A DNA stretch of 64,000 nt from Antedon mediterranea (Eukaryota > Animalia > Echinodermata), in NCBI RefSeq assembly GCF_964355755.1, contig NC_092670.1, positions 37,994,388-38,058,387 of the forward strand, read 5' to 3'. Position 1 is the first letter of the stretch. Each line of letters opens with the position of its first letter. The notes below the pieces were generated by a model. That model saw only the letters and a program-made list of their open reading frames with translations. It had not been told where the DNA came from and made no database searches. The position numbers were made by a program, and so were the translations under genes. Positions 34,981 through 54,879 of this stretch are shown here, piece after piece.

Positions 34981-37069
34981 ATTATACATTTTTGACTGTG
35001 AAAAGCAAATATCAACAACAGCAACATCGACTTACTATGACGTCAGAAGTGCAGACGATATAATTGAACTATTAGCCAATCATATGTCGAAGGAAGAGAC
35101 GCGCGGGAGATCATACCTAGCTTCTATCAGTAGCAGCCATGATGCAGCAGGCGACCGATCGTCCGCGAATACGTACGGACACACGGCATTTTATGCACCC
35201 CACCACTAGCGTCTCTATGTAGCAAGCCTACATCATTCCCACTCGTGTTTTTATGAGGCATTCATTCTAAATAATTATATCGAATTCTAGATAAGGTTTG
35301 GTTATAGACTATAAGACTTTAAGCCTGGGCCTACTACGATAAGCCTAGCCTAGCCTAACTAGGCTAGGCCTAGGCCTAGGCTAGCCTATAGGCCACAGCA
35401 TTTACACTTGGATATTTTTTGTACCGCCGCCAGCGAGAATAGCATAGCGCGTACATGTGCGATCGTTAATTGACAGGTTGTACTACCCAATCAGGAGCGC
35501 TTCTACCCGGCCAAGCACAGTGCACGTGAACGTTTTGTACACGCAACTATTTAGCAAAACCGTTACAGCGTGCGTCAACCTCCTAGCCAGGCCCACAGTA
35601 CCACTCTCTGTGTATTCTTTTAGGCCTATCTATGAGACTTTGTTGAACACATTTTTTATCGAATTTGGACGTATAATTAGAAACAAATTAAACATATATT
35701 TACAATTAAAAACAATTTACCTTTATAATGTAGGCTTATATTTTGTAATTATAGTCTTTGTTTCACCTTATATTAACAACGGTAGGCCAAAGAGACCGAC
35801 GTTCTTTTTAATTAATTTAGGATTTTACACTAGCCTAGGTAGGCCAGATCATAGAGGGAATTATTTCCTTACATCACAAATAAAAATAGCCAACCAAAAA
35901 GGAAAAGAAAGATAAGAGGTAGACAAGATTGTAAAGATATTATTAATATGTTTCAATTGTTAGAATATTCAATTTAGGAAATGATAAACTGACTGGTATT
36001 TTTCTTTTTTTTTCAGGTCTTCCGAGTTTTACTGGTTTATGATTCCATTCATATTTATTATTTAAAATACTGTACTTGCAAATAAAATGAGTTGGATAAT
36101 TAAACCACAAATCCTACAACTACAGTAGTACTAGTAGTTAATACAGTAATAAGAAAAATTAAACCAATACAAATATCAATTAATAAATTATAATTTATTC
36201 ATTTGTTACACATTTTCTAGCTTATAGTTCAGTACAACTTATTAAATGATTTATATTAAATATATTTGAATATATTTATTTGTATCTATAATTTATTTAT
36301 GCTTAGGCCTGTACTATTATAATATAATTATAATAATATTTATTAAATATCAGAACCGTGGCTGTCGAACCATGTATATTGTAGATGTAGTCGATATCAG
36401 TGAAGCAATCTGAAAAATGTAAAGAAAAAAAATGTTATTTACTGTATAATAAATGATTTAAAGCAAAAAATATAAATAGGCTAGGCTAGGCCTAGTTTTC
36501 AGATTTTATTAATTAGGCAAGAAAATACAAATTTTTACTCTAGTCTAGAAATGATATATAAAATATATATATAATATGTACGAGTATAAGCCGGCTAGGA
36601 AATAGAACAATTTGAATAGGCCTACTTAGGGTACCATATCTATTTGGTTTAGGCTATACTAGGCCTAACTCTAGGGAGCATTCATATTCCGCACGCCGTG
36701 AAAAGAACGTTACCCGTGCCCGGCCGTGTGCGCCTCTCTAACACAAAGCGTTGCACAACCATTTTATTGCGTTGAGCCTGTTTTGCTGAATAAGGGCCTG
36801 GACGGGCGCACGTAATTAAGCTATTTGCATACTGTAAATTATCACGTTTTATATATCAACATGACCCTAGATAAATGATGCAGTTAGCTGACTATTCAAA
36901 AAAATATGTTTATATTTAAATAAAAAAGATATAACGATAAATTTAACTTACTATGCGAAAATCTCGCTTTCGGCGCTTCCCCTCACAACAAGCGAGGTTT
37001 CCCTAGAAATTATTTATAGTCAACTAGGTGTTCAAACTTATGAGGAATCCGAATTTTCTATCTAAAAAC

Positions 37070-37250
37070 CGATCTGATTGGTCAATTTTCTGGAATCTAG
37101 GCGCTACGAAATGCTATTTTTTGTATTCAATTAGCCAATCCGCGACTCTATAACACAGGCGCTCGAGCTACAATTTCTATGACGTCATATTTCCAGAAGT
37201 GGGCGGGGCTTAGTTCCAATGTTAAGGAAGAGCGGTAGCGTAAATGCTGT
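37070..37250 (+). promoter_or_regulatory. Putative PRDM9 promoter
   Basis: CCAAT boxes (about 37076 reverse and about 37134), a CRE TGACGTCA at 37180-37187 and a GC box GGGCGGGGC at 37201-37209, followed by an AGGCCTAG island at 37252-37512. Confidence 0.55.
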
Positions 37251-37618
37251 GAGGCCTAGCTAGGCTAGGGCCTAGGCCTTATAGGCCTAGCTAGGGGCCT
37301 AGGCCTAGCTAGGCGGCCTAGGCTATGCCTAGGCCTAGTTAGGCCTAGCTAGGCTACCTCCTAGACGTACTAGCCTAGGGCTAGGCTATGCCTATCTAGG
37401 CTAGTAGGCTACAGCTAGCTAGGCCTAGCCTAATTAATAGAATAGATTAGTAGGTAGGCCCTGGGATTGGCCTAGGGCCTAGCTAGTAGTAGAGGCCTAG
37501 TAGGCCTAGCTAGCATTATTGTAGCAAGTCTTCAATATTTTTTTTTATTTTTCCTTCATCTCATAAATATAAAGTAAGCTACGGATTCTGTACAATAGCT
37601 GACTTCCTACAAAATAAT

Positions 37619-40600
37619 ATGATGGATGAAGACATACTAAAACAATATTTTACAATAAAGCAATTTGCAACCATGTCTGATTATGAAAAGAAGCGGCACC
37701 TGAATATAAAACAAAACTATGAAAAGATGGTAGAAATAGGTAAGAATGTATTATATTAAATAATATTTTTGTTTAGGCCTAGGCTTAATAAATATAAAGT
37801 TGTACTACTACTAAGCCCCTAGTTTTTAAAATTAAAAACATAATAATTCTATATAATTCATCATTCAATATTATTAATAATTCATATTAATAAAAGCTCT
37901 GCTTAGCTTATCCATGGATGAATTATCTAAACAATTTCTCCATGGTTTTTCCTCTTATAATTGGACTCATATGCTTCTTATATTGTTATTGGTTCCTTGT
38001 TTTATTTTCTTTGTTTATAACTTTAAAAGTGGTGCAGCATTTTTCAGAAGTTTTTCCTTTGTTATATCTCCTCCATCAATTATTTAAACTTTCAATATTG
38101 TTTATAATAATTAATAAGATATATTGTCCCCCTGAAAAAATAACTTTCCTAATGCTTTTGTTTAATATGTCATTTTAATGTCAGACAATAATTATTCAAT
38201 TATTAGAAAAGAAATTATTTACCTGAAAAAACTGTCAGTTACTAAAGCAAAAAAATACTCAAATTGACAATGTTTTTTTTATATTAAATTTAACTGTAGT
38301 GTTTATATTTTTTTTAAAGAAAACATACTTTTTTTTTCTACAGAAGTGATTAACTTTATTAAATCTGTAAAATGGCCTATTCAAAAAGTCTATTTTTATT
38401 ATCTTTTTACATCTTTAAACGGATGTTTTTTTCACCGATTTGTATTGCCAACAAAACAAAATAAGCATATCATTACAAAAGGGGATTCGATTTAGTTAAA
38501 AGAAACTAATCAAAGCTTAACACCAACTTGCATAATAAATAGTATAATTAAGAAATATGCCATATGTTGAAATAATTAATTTAACATATTTAAAATGAAG
38601 AAAAAGAAGATAAAGGTGAATTTAATTGTATTAATAGTAGTAGAAAACCAACTTTGATCACCTTCAACTTAAAATGCCAATGTTCTCCAAGATGATATTC
38701 ATTTACAGTATATATTTTATCTCTATTTTTTCATATACAGGACTAGAGGTTCCAATGCCAGTCTTTATGAGAGGACCATTTCACCCAAAGAAACGGAAAA
38801 TTACAGATAGCGATGATAGTGATGAAGAGTGGAGACCTGGAGTTGATACCATCACTGTGAAAAAAAAGAAATGTATGATATAAGCTTACTGTGCTTACAA
38901 TCTGCTACTAGCAAACTTGACATGGGTGAATCCAGCATTGCGTACTAAGAGGGGGTGCATGCAAGGCACAGCTTTAAGCCTGTTTCTCAGTCAACGTAAC
39001 ATTGAGCTGTGGCAAATACATTCTAAAAACAAAATCGACATGTATATAGTATAGTTATTACATTTACTGGTTTTAATCGTTCTAGCATATTTTAGGCGGG
39101 GTCAAAAATCTGAATTTTAAGTAGTGAACTATTTAAAAAATGAAAAAAAAAGATTGGTGTATCACTAGTTTTGTATAAAACAAGTCTGCTTATGTAAGGT
39201 ATATAAAAAGCATTTAAACTATTTAATTGTATTATTTTGTTTTTAGTATCGAGTAAATTTAGTGCTCCTTTCCGTACTTGTAGACAGACAAATGCCATTA
39301 AAAGTAACAAGGTAAGTAACAGTTATTAAAAGTACATTTTGGTGCTGTATGATATGCTCTTCAATTTTCAAAATTCAAAAGGAAGATAGTGATTTTGTTT
39401 ATTGTGGTAAAACTAGACAGTCAATTAATTATTTATTATTATCTTTAGAGGAGCCAACAGTGCACTGTATCAGAATGTCCATCCAGTTCAGAAAAATACG
39501 ATGATAAGAAAGGTTTTGATAGCTATAAGGCCAACAGAAAGGTTATTAAAAAGAAAGGTGTGTGAAAACCTTACAATAGTTTCATTCATATCATTATAAT
39601 GTTTGAGGATTATGCATGTAATATAGTTTTGCCACTTTTTGTGTTAGTTGTATCAACATGTTTTACAATTAAAAAGTGATTCAATTTTCAAATTATCTTA
39701 AAGTATGTACCTACTTTTTATTTAGGTTTGGAATCAAATCGATATCCAAAAAGAAATGAAAATAGTCTTATGGTCTGTTATAAAGAGTCAGAAATACCGG
39801 ATGATGACAATTTTATTTGTAAGTAACAATAGTATGATGTCTTGTACTGTAACAGTAGTTTCCAGAAGATCATTATAGGATCACTTAATGTTTTATTTAT
39901 TCAAAACTATTAAATAGCCTTAGTTTACCGGTATTTGATTAAAGATGTATTGTCCTCCAAAAACATGAAAAATGACGATTGATAAAAAAAAGACATTGAA
40001 TAGGTTATATTTGCAGTTTTAATAAAGTTAATCACTTCTGTAGAAAAAAAAATGTTTTTTAAGAGACAAAATAAACAGTTAAATTCAACCAAACCCCATT
40101 GACTTCCTTCCAGTCAATTTGACTATTTTTTGCTTTACATACAGGGTTTTTTCAGATAATGTGTTTGAATAACTATTATGTGACATTAAAATGGCATTTT
40201 CGACTAAAACATAACAAAAAAATTTTTTATTTTTATGTTGTCATATTAAGATTGTGAAGATTGTGATGAACTAAATGAGGGCCAGTGTCCAACACATTCT
40301 CTTGTGATAGTGAATGACAAGCCCACACCAGATACATGTAAAGACCGTGCCCACTTGAGTCTCCCTGATGGCCTTCAGATTGCACCATCAAAAATGAAAA
40401 AGGCAGGTCTTGGTGTTTGGACAAAGACAAAATTTCCAAAAGGTTAGTAACATATTCCAATATAAATAAAAGAATTATTTTCTGTACCAACAAGCAAACT
40501 AATTTTTCAATTTAAATTATAGCATTTAAAACAAAAACTCATTGACTTTCAGAATGGGATTTTTCTTTTATTAGGTAAATTTTTTTTTCTCTATAATTTG

Positions 40601-43203
40601 GTTAAAGTGAATAAATATCATGGTGGTAACAAAACAGCACCAAAATTACATCTTTTTATTAAATAATACAGGTGACTTTCCTTTATTTAGGTGTACAATT
40701 TGGACCATATGGAGGTGAGATTGTTTATGGTGATGAGGGCTACAGTGGCTATGCATGGCAGGTTAGTTTTATTCCTTTTTGAGTAGCCTTTCCATTTTAT
40801 ATAGATATTTCATGTCTGGTTTAAAAATACACAAAACCATTTTATAAAGTTTTAATTTAAACTTATAAAACATGGAAAACAGAATTAAATTGAAATGTGT
40901 ACATCATTGATGTTACTTTGGCTTAGCTGATAAATTTCAGGGTTCTCAACCATAGAATGTCAGTAAATTACTACAGAAATTTGGCCCAATTACGGACATA
41001 GCGATAGCGAAATACATACAAATTATGAAAAAACATAAGATTCACCCTAAATTGATCACGGTAAGTAAACCATAATATTTATGGACAAATCAAGGACCCA
41101 CAACGTACCATGAAAAGTCCTGCTGCAAGGTTTTTCTGTAACCGTGAAAGTGTCAAAACACAGCAAAAAAAATTTTGCCATCATATACAATTGGGTGAGC
41201 ATGGTGGCCCGATAAGAATAACTTTTTGATTCATGACGTGCCAAATGATTAGGCAGCTGTCAAGTAAAACTTTCTTGTTAGGGAAATATTTTATCAATAC
41301 TTATAATAATATATTAGTTTTAGCAATTTAGTAAGAATAAATTATTTTTACTAAGAATAAATTATTTTTACTAAACCATTTTCTTAATATTACTTACATA
41401 TTTCTTTTCGTATAAGATACACAAAGATGGAAAACGAAGCCACTTTGTAGATGGACAAAAAGAGAATAAATCAAACTGGATGAGATATGTCAACTGTGCT
41501 AGGAACGAAAATGAGCAGAATCTTGTCTCATTTCAGTATCAAAGCCAAATCTACTACAGAACTTTTAAACCTATTTTGGCTCACTGTGAGCTTTTAGTTT
41601 TTTACGGACAGGAATATGCGCAAGAATTGAAGATTGATGGTGTCTCTTGTGGAGCTATGCTAAAAAATACAAACATGAGAAAAGGTTTATTTTTTAAACA
41701 TTAATTAATAATAACATTATCATAAATTATTACCACTACTACTGTACTAGCAAAACAGTAATCGTGGCAGTTTTCTAAATTACTGTAGTTTAAAACCTTC
41801 TCATTACAATTTCCTTCCCCATTACCACTATAATATACCCAAAATTAACACCCTCACCCCCCCCCCCCCTCAACCCTAAAATATTATTATGATTTTATAC
41901 TTTTTATTATTTCTATGTGAATTGTTCTCTTATAGTGAAAAATAGTTACGAAAAACAAGAAAATGGTAATGATTCAAGGGTCAAGAGTGTTCATGAAAAA
42001 TGTATTGGTAGAAACAATTATAGTATAAAATGCAGAGATGTGACAAAACATTGTGAAGTACCTGGGAAAAATACAACAAATATTTTTCATCATAAAAATA
42101 ATGTAATTATAAAGAGTAATAAAATACACACAAGAGAAAGACCATATGGATGTGAACATTGTGGGAAGAAATTTAACCAGAATGGTGATTTGAAAAGACA
42201 TTTAAGAATACACACAGAAGAGACACCATATGAATGTGAACATTGTGGAAAGAAATTTACCACAAATTGGAGTTTGAAATTACATTTGAGAATACACACA
42301 GGAGAGACACCATATGAATGTGAACATTGTGGGAAGAAATTTAACCAGAATGGTCATTTGAAAAAACATTTAAGAATACACACAGAAGAGACACCATATG
42401 AATGTGAACATTGTGGGAAGAGATTTAATCAAAGTGGTACTTTGAAAAAACATTTGAGAATACACACAGGAGAGACACCATATGAATGTGAACATTGTGG
42501 GAAGAGATTTAATCAAAGTGGTACTTTGAAAAAACATTTGAGAATACACACAGGAGAGACACCATATGAATGTGAACATTGTGGGAAGAGATTTAATCAA
42601 AGTGGTACTTTGAAAAAACATTTGAGAATACACACAGGAGAGACACCATATGAATGTGAACATTGTGGAAAGAAATTTAACCAGAATGGTGATTTGAAAA
42701 AACATTTGAGAATACACACAGGAGAGACACCATATGAATGTGAACATTGTGGAAAGAAATTTAACCGGAATGATAATTTGAAAACACATTTGAGAATACA
42801 CACAGGAGAGACACCATATGAATGTGAACATTGTGGAAAGAAATTTAACCAGAATGGTCATTTGAAAAAACATTTAAGAATACACACAGGAGAGACACCA
42901 TATGAATGTGAACATTGTGGAAAGAAATTTAACCGGAATGATAATTTGAAAACACATTTGAGAATACACACAGGAGAGACACCATATGAATGTGAACATT
43001 GTGGAAAGAAATTTAACCAGAATGATAATTTGAAAACACATTTGAGAATACACACAGGAGAGACACCATATGAATATGAACATTGTGGAAAGAAGTTTAA
43101 TCAAATTAGTATTTTGAAAACACATTTCAAATCATGTGCAATTATTAATACAAAATCTATTAAAAAGTATAGTACCAAAATTCCTTTTAAAAAAGAAGAA
43201 TGA
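37619..43203 (+). CDS. PRDM9: PRDM9-like histone-lysine methyltransferase with ancestral KRAB, SSXRD-like motif, zinc knuckle, PR/SET and C2H2 array
   Basis: Phase-consistent exons: 37619-37739 (YFTIKQFATMSDYEKKRHLNIKQNYEKMVEIG), 38741-38872 (LEVPMPVFM..DDSDEEWRP), 39247-39311, 39449-39557, 39726-39818 (RYPKR..YKESEIPDDDNFI), 40251-40442 (YCEDC..CPTH..AGLGVW), 40691-40761 (FGPY), 41417-41684 (NWMRYVNCAR..EQNL..IYYRT..ELLVFYGQEY), 41936-43203 (zinc fingers). Confidence 0.9.
42142..43150 (+). repeat. 84-bp coding minisatellite: 11 intact and 1 degenerate C2H2 fingers in one exon
   Basis: The units are near-identical at DNA level outside the recognition helix. The last finger has its first Cys changed to Tyr. 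Confidence 0.92.
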
Positions 43204-44384
43204 ATTTAATAAAAAATTGGTATAAATATTGTATTTTAATATTTGAAATGTAATTATTATTATAAACTGCTTCAGATAAACTTTACTTACATTCATCTTA
43301 TATGTAAATTTGTATGTAGGCCCATTTGTGCATCTTGTGCGAGTGATATAAAAAAAAAGTTGAATATAAAATTAAATTATAATTGTTTATACTAATTAAA
43401 TATGTGATTTAACATCAAAGTATATTAATAAAGTTGTTTATTGTATTATTGCTTTCATTGTCTCCATTGCTATTATTAGTATTTGTTTAAATTGTAGCCC
43501 ACAGTAGGCCTATTATTTCGCACTACGGGTATGACAGCCCTACGCCAGGCCCTACGCACAAACGATGGACCAACTACACTCGCATGGTCTGTTTAGTTTC
43601 ACGGAACAAAAGACGGCACCGATTTGTTAAACAACGGAAATTCATAAACAATGAACGGAGTACGGAGTTTAAGCGCATATCGTATATAATTTTCCGCAAT
43701 AGAAGAAGGAATAGGCCTAAACATTCGTGTCACTTTCAAATGGCGTGGTAAACGACGTTGCTACGCAAGCCCAGAGTTAGGCCTACATCAAAAGTAGGCC
43801 TAGAATAGAAGAAGAAATTGGCTTAATCGATCGTAAAAAGGTAACATTCGTAAAAACACATCTATACGATTCGTTTGTTACGGGGTTTGTTACGTGTACT
43901 GCCGTTTAAATCAAAGAGAAAACTCACCAGAGTCTCGTTTCCCGCTGTAGGCCTTTTTTATTTATGTAGGCCTATTAGACTTCACATTTATTTACTCATC
44001 GTTTATAAATACAGTTTCATAGCATAAATGATGGCAAGGATCCTGCATAGAGAAGTTTACACTTCTGTTTTCGCAGGACCCTTTTACATAAAAAACATAA
44101 AACAATAAACACAACATAATAGATAAAAAAAAAACATTTCCTATATACATTTTAGAGTTGTTCATCATCAAAAAGCGATACTGTTTTTCTAACATGATTA
44201 TTTATACATTTTGTCTTAAAAAAGAAGATATTCAGTTTATTACTTCCAGTACATGTGGATTCTTTCTATATATATTATAGCAAAAGTATGAATCCATATA
44301 ATATAAAACAGGCTATGTGTGTATACTCGCACACACCAACACAAATGCATAATATATGCATCTATATTTTATGAGTGAAGCATT

Positions 44385-45878
44385 TTAAGTTCTGTAATTC
44401 GATAAAATGTCTCTTTTTACATATTTTTTTAATATTTTATAATTTTTGTTAACAATATCTAAGTGATTTCTACAGAGCTCGTTCCATAGTTTCGGTCCGT
44501 GAATACTGATAAAATGTTGACCAGACGTTAACCTAGAGTATGGTTGTTTTACGCTACAAATATTTCGAAGATTATGGGTAGTATTTTCGTTTCTTTTGAA
44601 TATTATTTGGATTCGTCTGGGTAAAACATTGCTTTTAATCTGGGCCATGAAACCTAGGACGGTAACTCTGTTGATATCTTGTATGTTAAGTATATTTAAT
44701 TGCTTAAACAGTGGCTCAGAATGTTGCCATGGCTTTTTAAATAAAATTATTCTAGCAGCTTTTTTCTGGAGTTTAAGAAGGGATTCTAGTGTACTATCAT
44801 ATGTACTGCCCCAAATAATGTTTCCATACTGAAGGTCCGGTAGAATTAATGTATTATACAAATTTGTTAAAATATAATTAGGAAAAATATGTCTAGTTTT
44901 TATCAATATTCCAATAGACCTAGCGGTTTTTTTGCTAATAAGCCTTATATGATTTTTCCAGCAAAGGTTCTCATTTATTACAACCCCAAGAAATGTTACA
45001 TTTTTTTGTTGTTCTAAAGTAATGTTATTCATTTTCAATTCAATGTTGGTTGTAATAATACGCCTTTGGGCAGTTTTAAAGATTACGTAATTTGTTTTGC
45101 TGGTGTTTAATAAAAGTTTATTAGCTTTGAACCACATATTAATTCTATCTAGTTCCACATTCATAGTGTTTGCCAATGCGTTCAGGTTATTTCCACACTT
45201 GAATCCTGTTGTATCATCGGCAAAGCTAATTAATTCAATTTGTGTACTTGAGTTACATATATCGTTTACATATACAAGAAACAACAAAGGTCCCAAAACG
45301 GACCCTTGTGGAACACCAATACTAGTCTCCTTAATATTAGACGAAGTACCATTTATAAAAACATATTGCTTTCGTGATTTTAAGTAGTTACTGAACCATT
45401 TTAGTGTAACACCTCTTATACCATAGTGGAATAGCTTGTTCAGTAATATACTGTGGTCAATAATATCAAATGCCTTTGACAAATCCATAAATGTGGCAAT
45501 TACGAACTCTTTGTTTTCAAATGCCTTTAGTATTTTGTGGATCAGATCAATTATAGCGTGGGAGGTTGAATGATTGTTTCGGAAGCCGTATTGCCAATCA
45601 TTTAGTATATTGTAAGTTTTAAAGTAATTATACAATCTGGAATGGACTATCTTTTCAAAGATTTTAGAGAAAATTGGTAGTAGTGATATCGGGCGATAAT
45701 TCGAGGCTAAATGACGGTCCTCTTTTTTGTATATGGGAATTACTTTTGCAATTTTTATCTGTTCCGGTATTGAGCCGGAGTGAAGAGATACGTTAAATAT
45801 ATAAGTCAAGGGTTTTACAATAGCATCACCAACTGCCTTGACTACCTTTGGTGAAATATCATCAACAATGTACAACAT
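44385..45878 (-). mobile_element. 5'-truncated non-LTR retrotransposon (L2/CR1-group) with an open 497-aa reverse transcriptase frame
   Basis: Motifs NYRPISLL, QYGFR, FMDLSKAFD, GVPQGSVLGPLLFL, FADDT, FLGV and GPKLWN. There is no endonuclease domain upstream, and a probable 3'UTR extends toward about 43980. Confidence 0.92.
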
Positions 45879-47257
45879 TGTAGAACCAAAGACCGAAGTT
45901 TAAGTTAGTGTGAAATTAAGGTTGAGGGAAAAAAACGCACAAATTATTTCATAAATAAAAGTATTAACACCATCTATGAAATGCGTGCCAATAATGTGTT
46001 AAGGGTCTTTCACACGTATCTGTTCCGGCACGGTTCCGGTCCGGCAAATCCAATCGAACGTCAATGTTTCGTTTTCACGCGGCTACGCGCATATCGATTG
46101 GCGCAAAGCGGACATTGATGTTCGCTTCGCCGTAAAGACCATTTTAAGAGAATGTTAATAGCCCTAGATAGATGATGAAATCAAAATGATTACTAAATAA
46201 AGGTTCCAAAAAATCGATTTAAAATCATCTTTTCATCAATTTCAAGAACACTGTTGCTAATAACTCATCGTTATAATCAACGATCTTATTATTAATGAAT
46301 TTGAAGTTGTTAAATGTTGATATAGTTGTTGTCAATTAAATGTACCAGTTACTGTATCCGATATCAATATATATTATGTACAGTAATTCTAATACTACAA
46401 TGTACTGTATTTATGTTTTATATTATGTATTTAATTTTTATTAATCAATGTTGAATAAATAAATATAATATTGAATTGTCATGAAGTTATAAAATAGTCC
46501 ATATTAATGAATTATACTTATGTTTTATGGAAATAATTGAGAAATCATTGTTTGTTATTTTTGGACTGTTTCAAATATATGTGAATGAATGATTAGTATA
46601 ATATAGTACAAATAGAGACATCGACCTCTAGATATCCATATAATTCACTTGATGTTGGCCCAACTCTTTCTTCTCACAACCTTGATTTGTGGTCTTGTTT
46701 TTGATGTTATGCTATTTAAAGTTCTGTTTACACTATCAAACTTGATGTGACAAAAAAATGTGATATGCCCATATATGGACGTGATGTCATATCACTACCA
46801 TATTTGGGCACATCTCACTTTTTTGTCAAACTAGTTTGATAGTCTAAACAGAGCTTAATATAGATTTATAGTAGTACTTTCACTCACAAAAATTACAGCC
46901 ATTTAATTTCATTTCCGATTTAATCTTGTGATCACATCAAAACACCACATATTTTCACTATAACTTGGTATTTACAAGAATTCATTTACTTAAACTTATG
47001 GTTTCTTTGAAAGTAACTAAATATATCATTGCAGGTTAATAGATTGTTTTTAGACTATCTTGTTTCTCGCAATTAAATTCAGAGTTGTAATTATGTGCAG
47101 TTCTCGACAAAGATTTTAAAGTGACTGCTAGTATTTTCTCCAGGGTTTAGAGATAATATACCAAAGCAATGAAATGAAAAGTAAACTTAAACACTTATGA
47201 TATTGACATTGTTTTTACTGTTTTTATTAGATATCCGTTTAATAGTTTTGAGATTAT

Positions 47258-54879
<7,622 letters not shown>

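Noticed and set aside
41974-43125. Several minus-strand repetitive ORFs
   Set aside because: They are antisense shadows of the 84-bp zinc-finger repeat.
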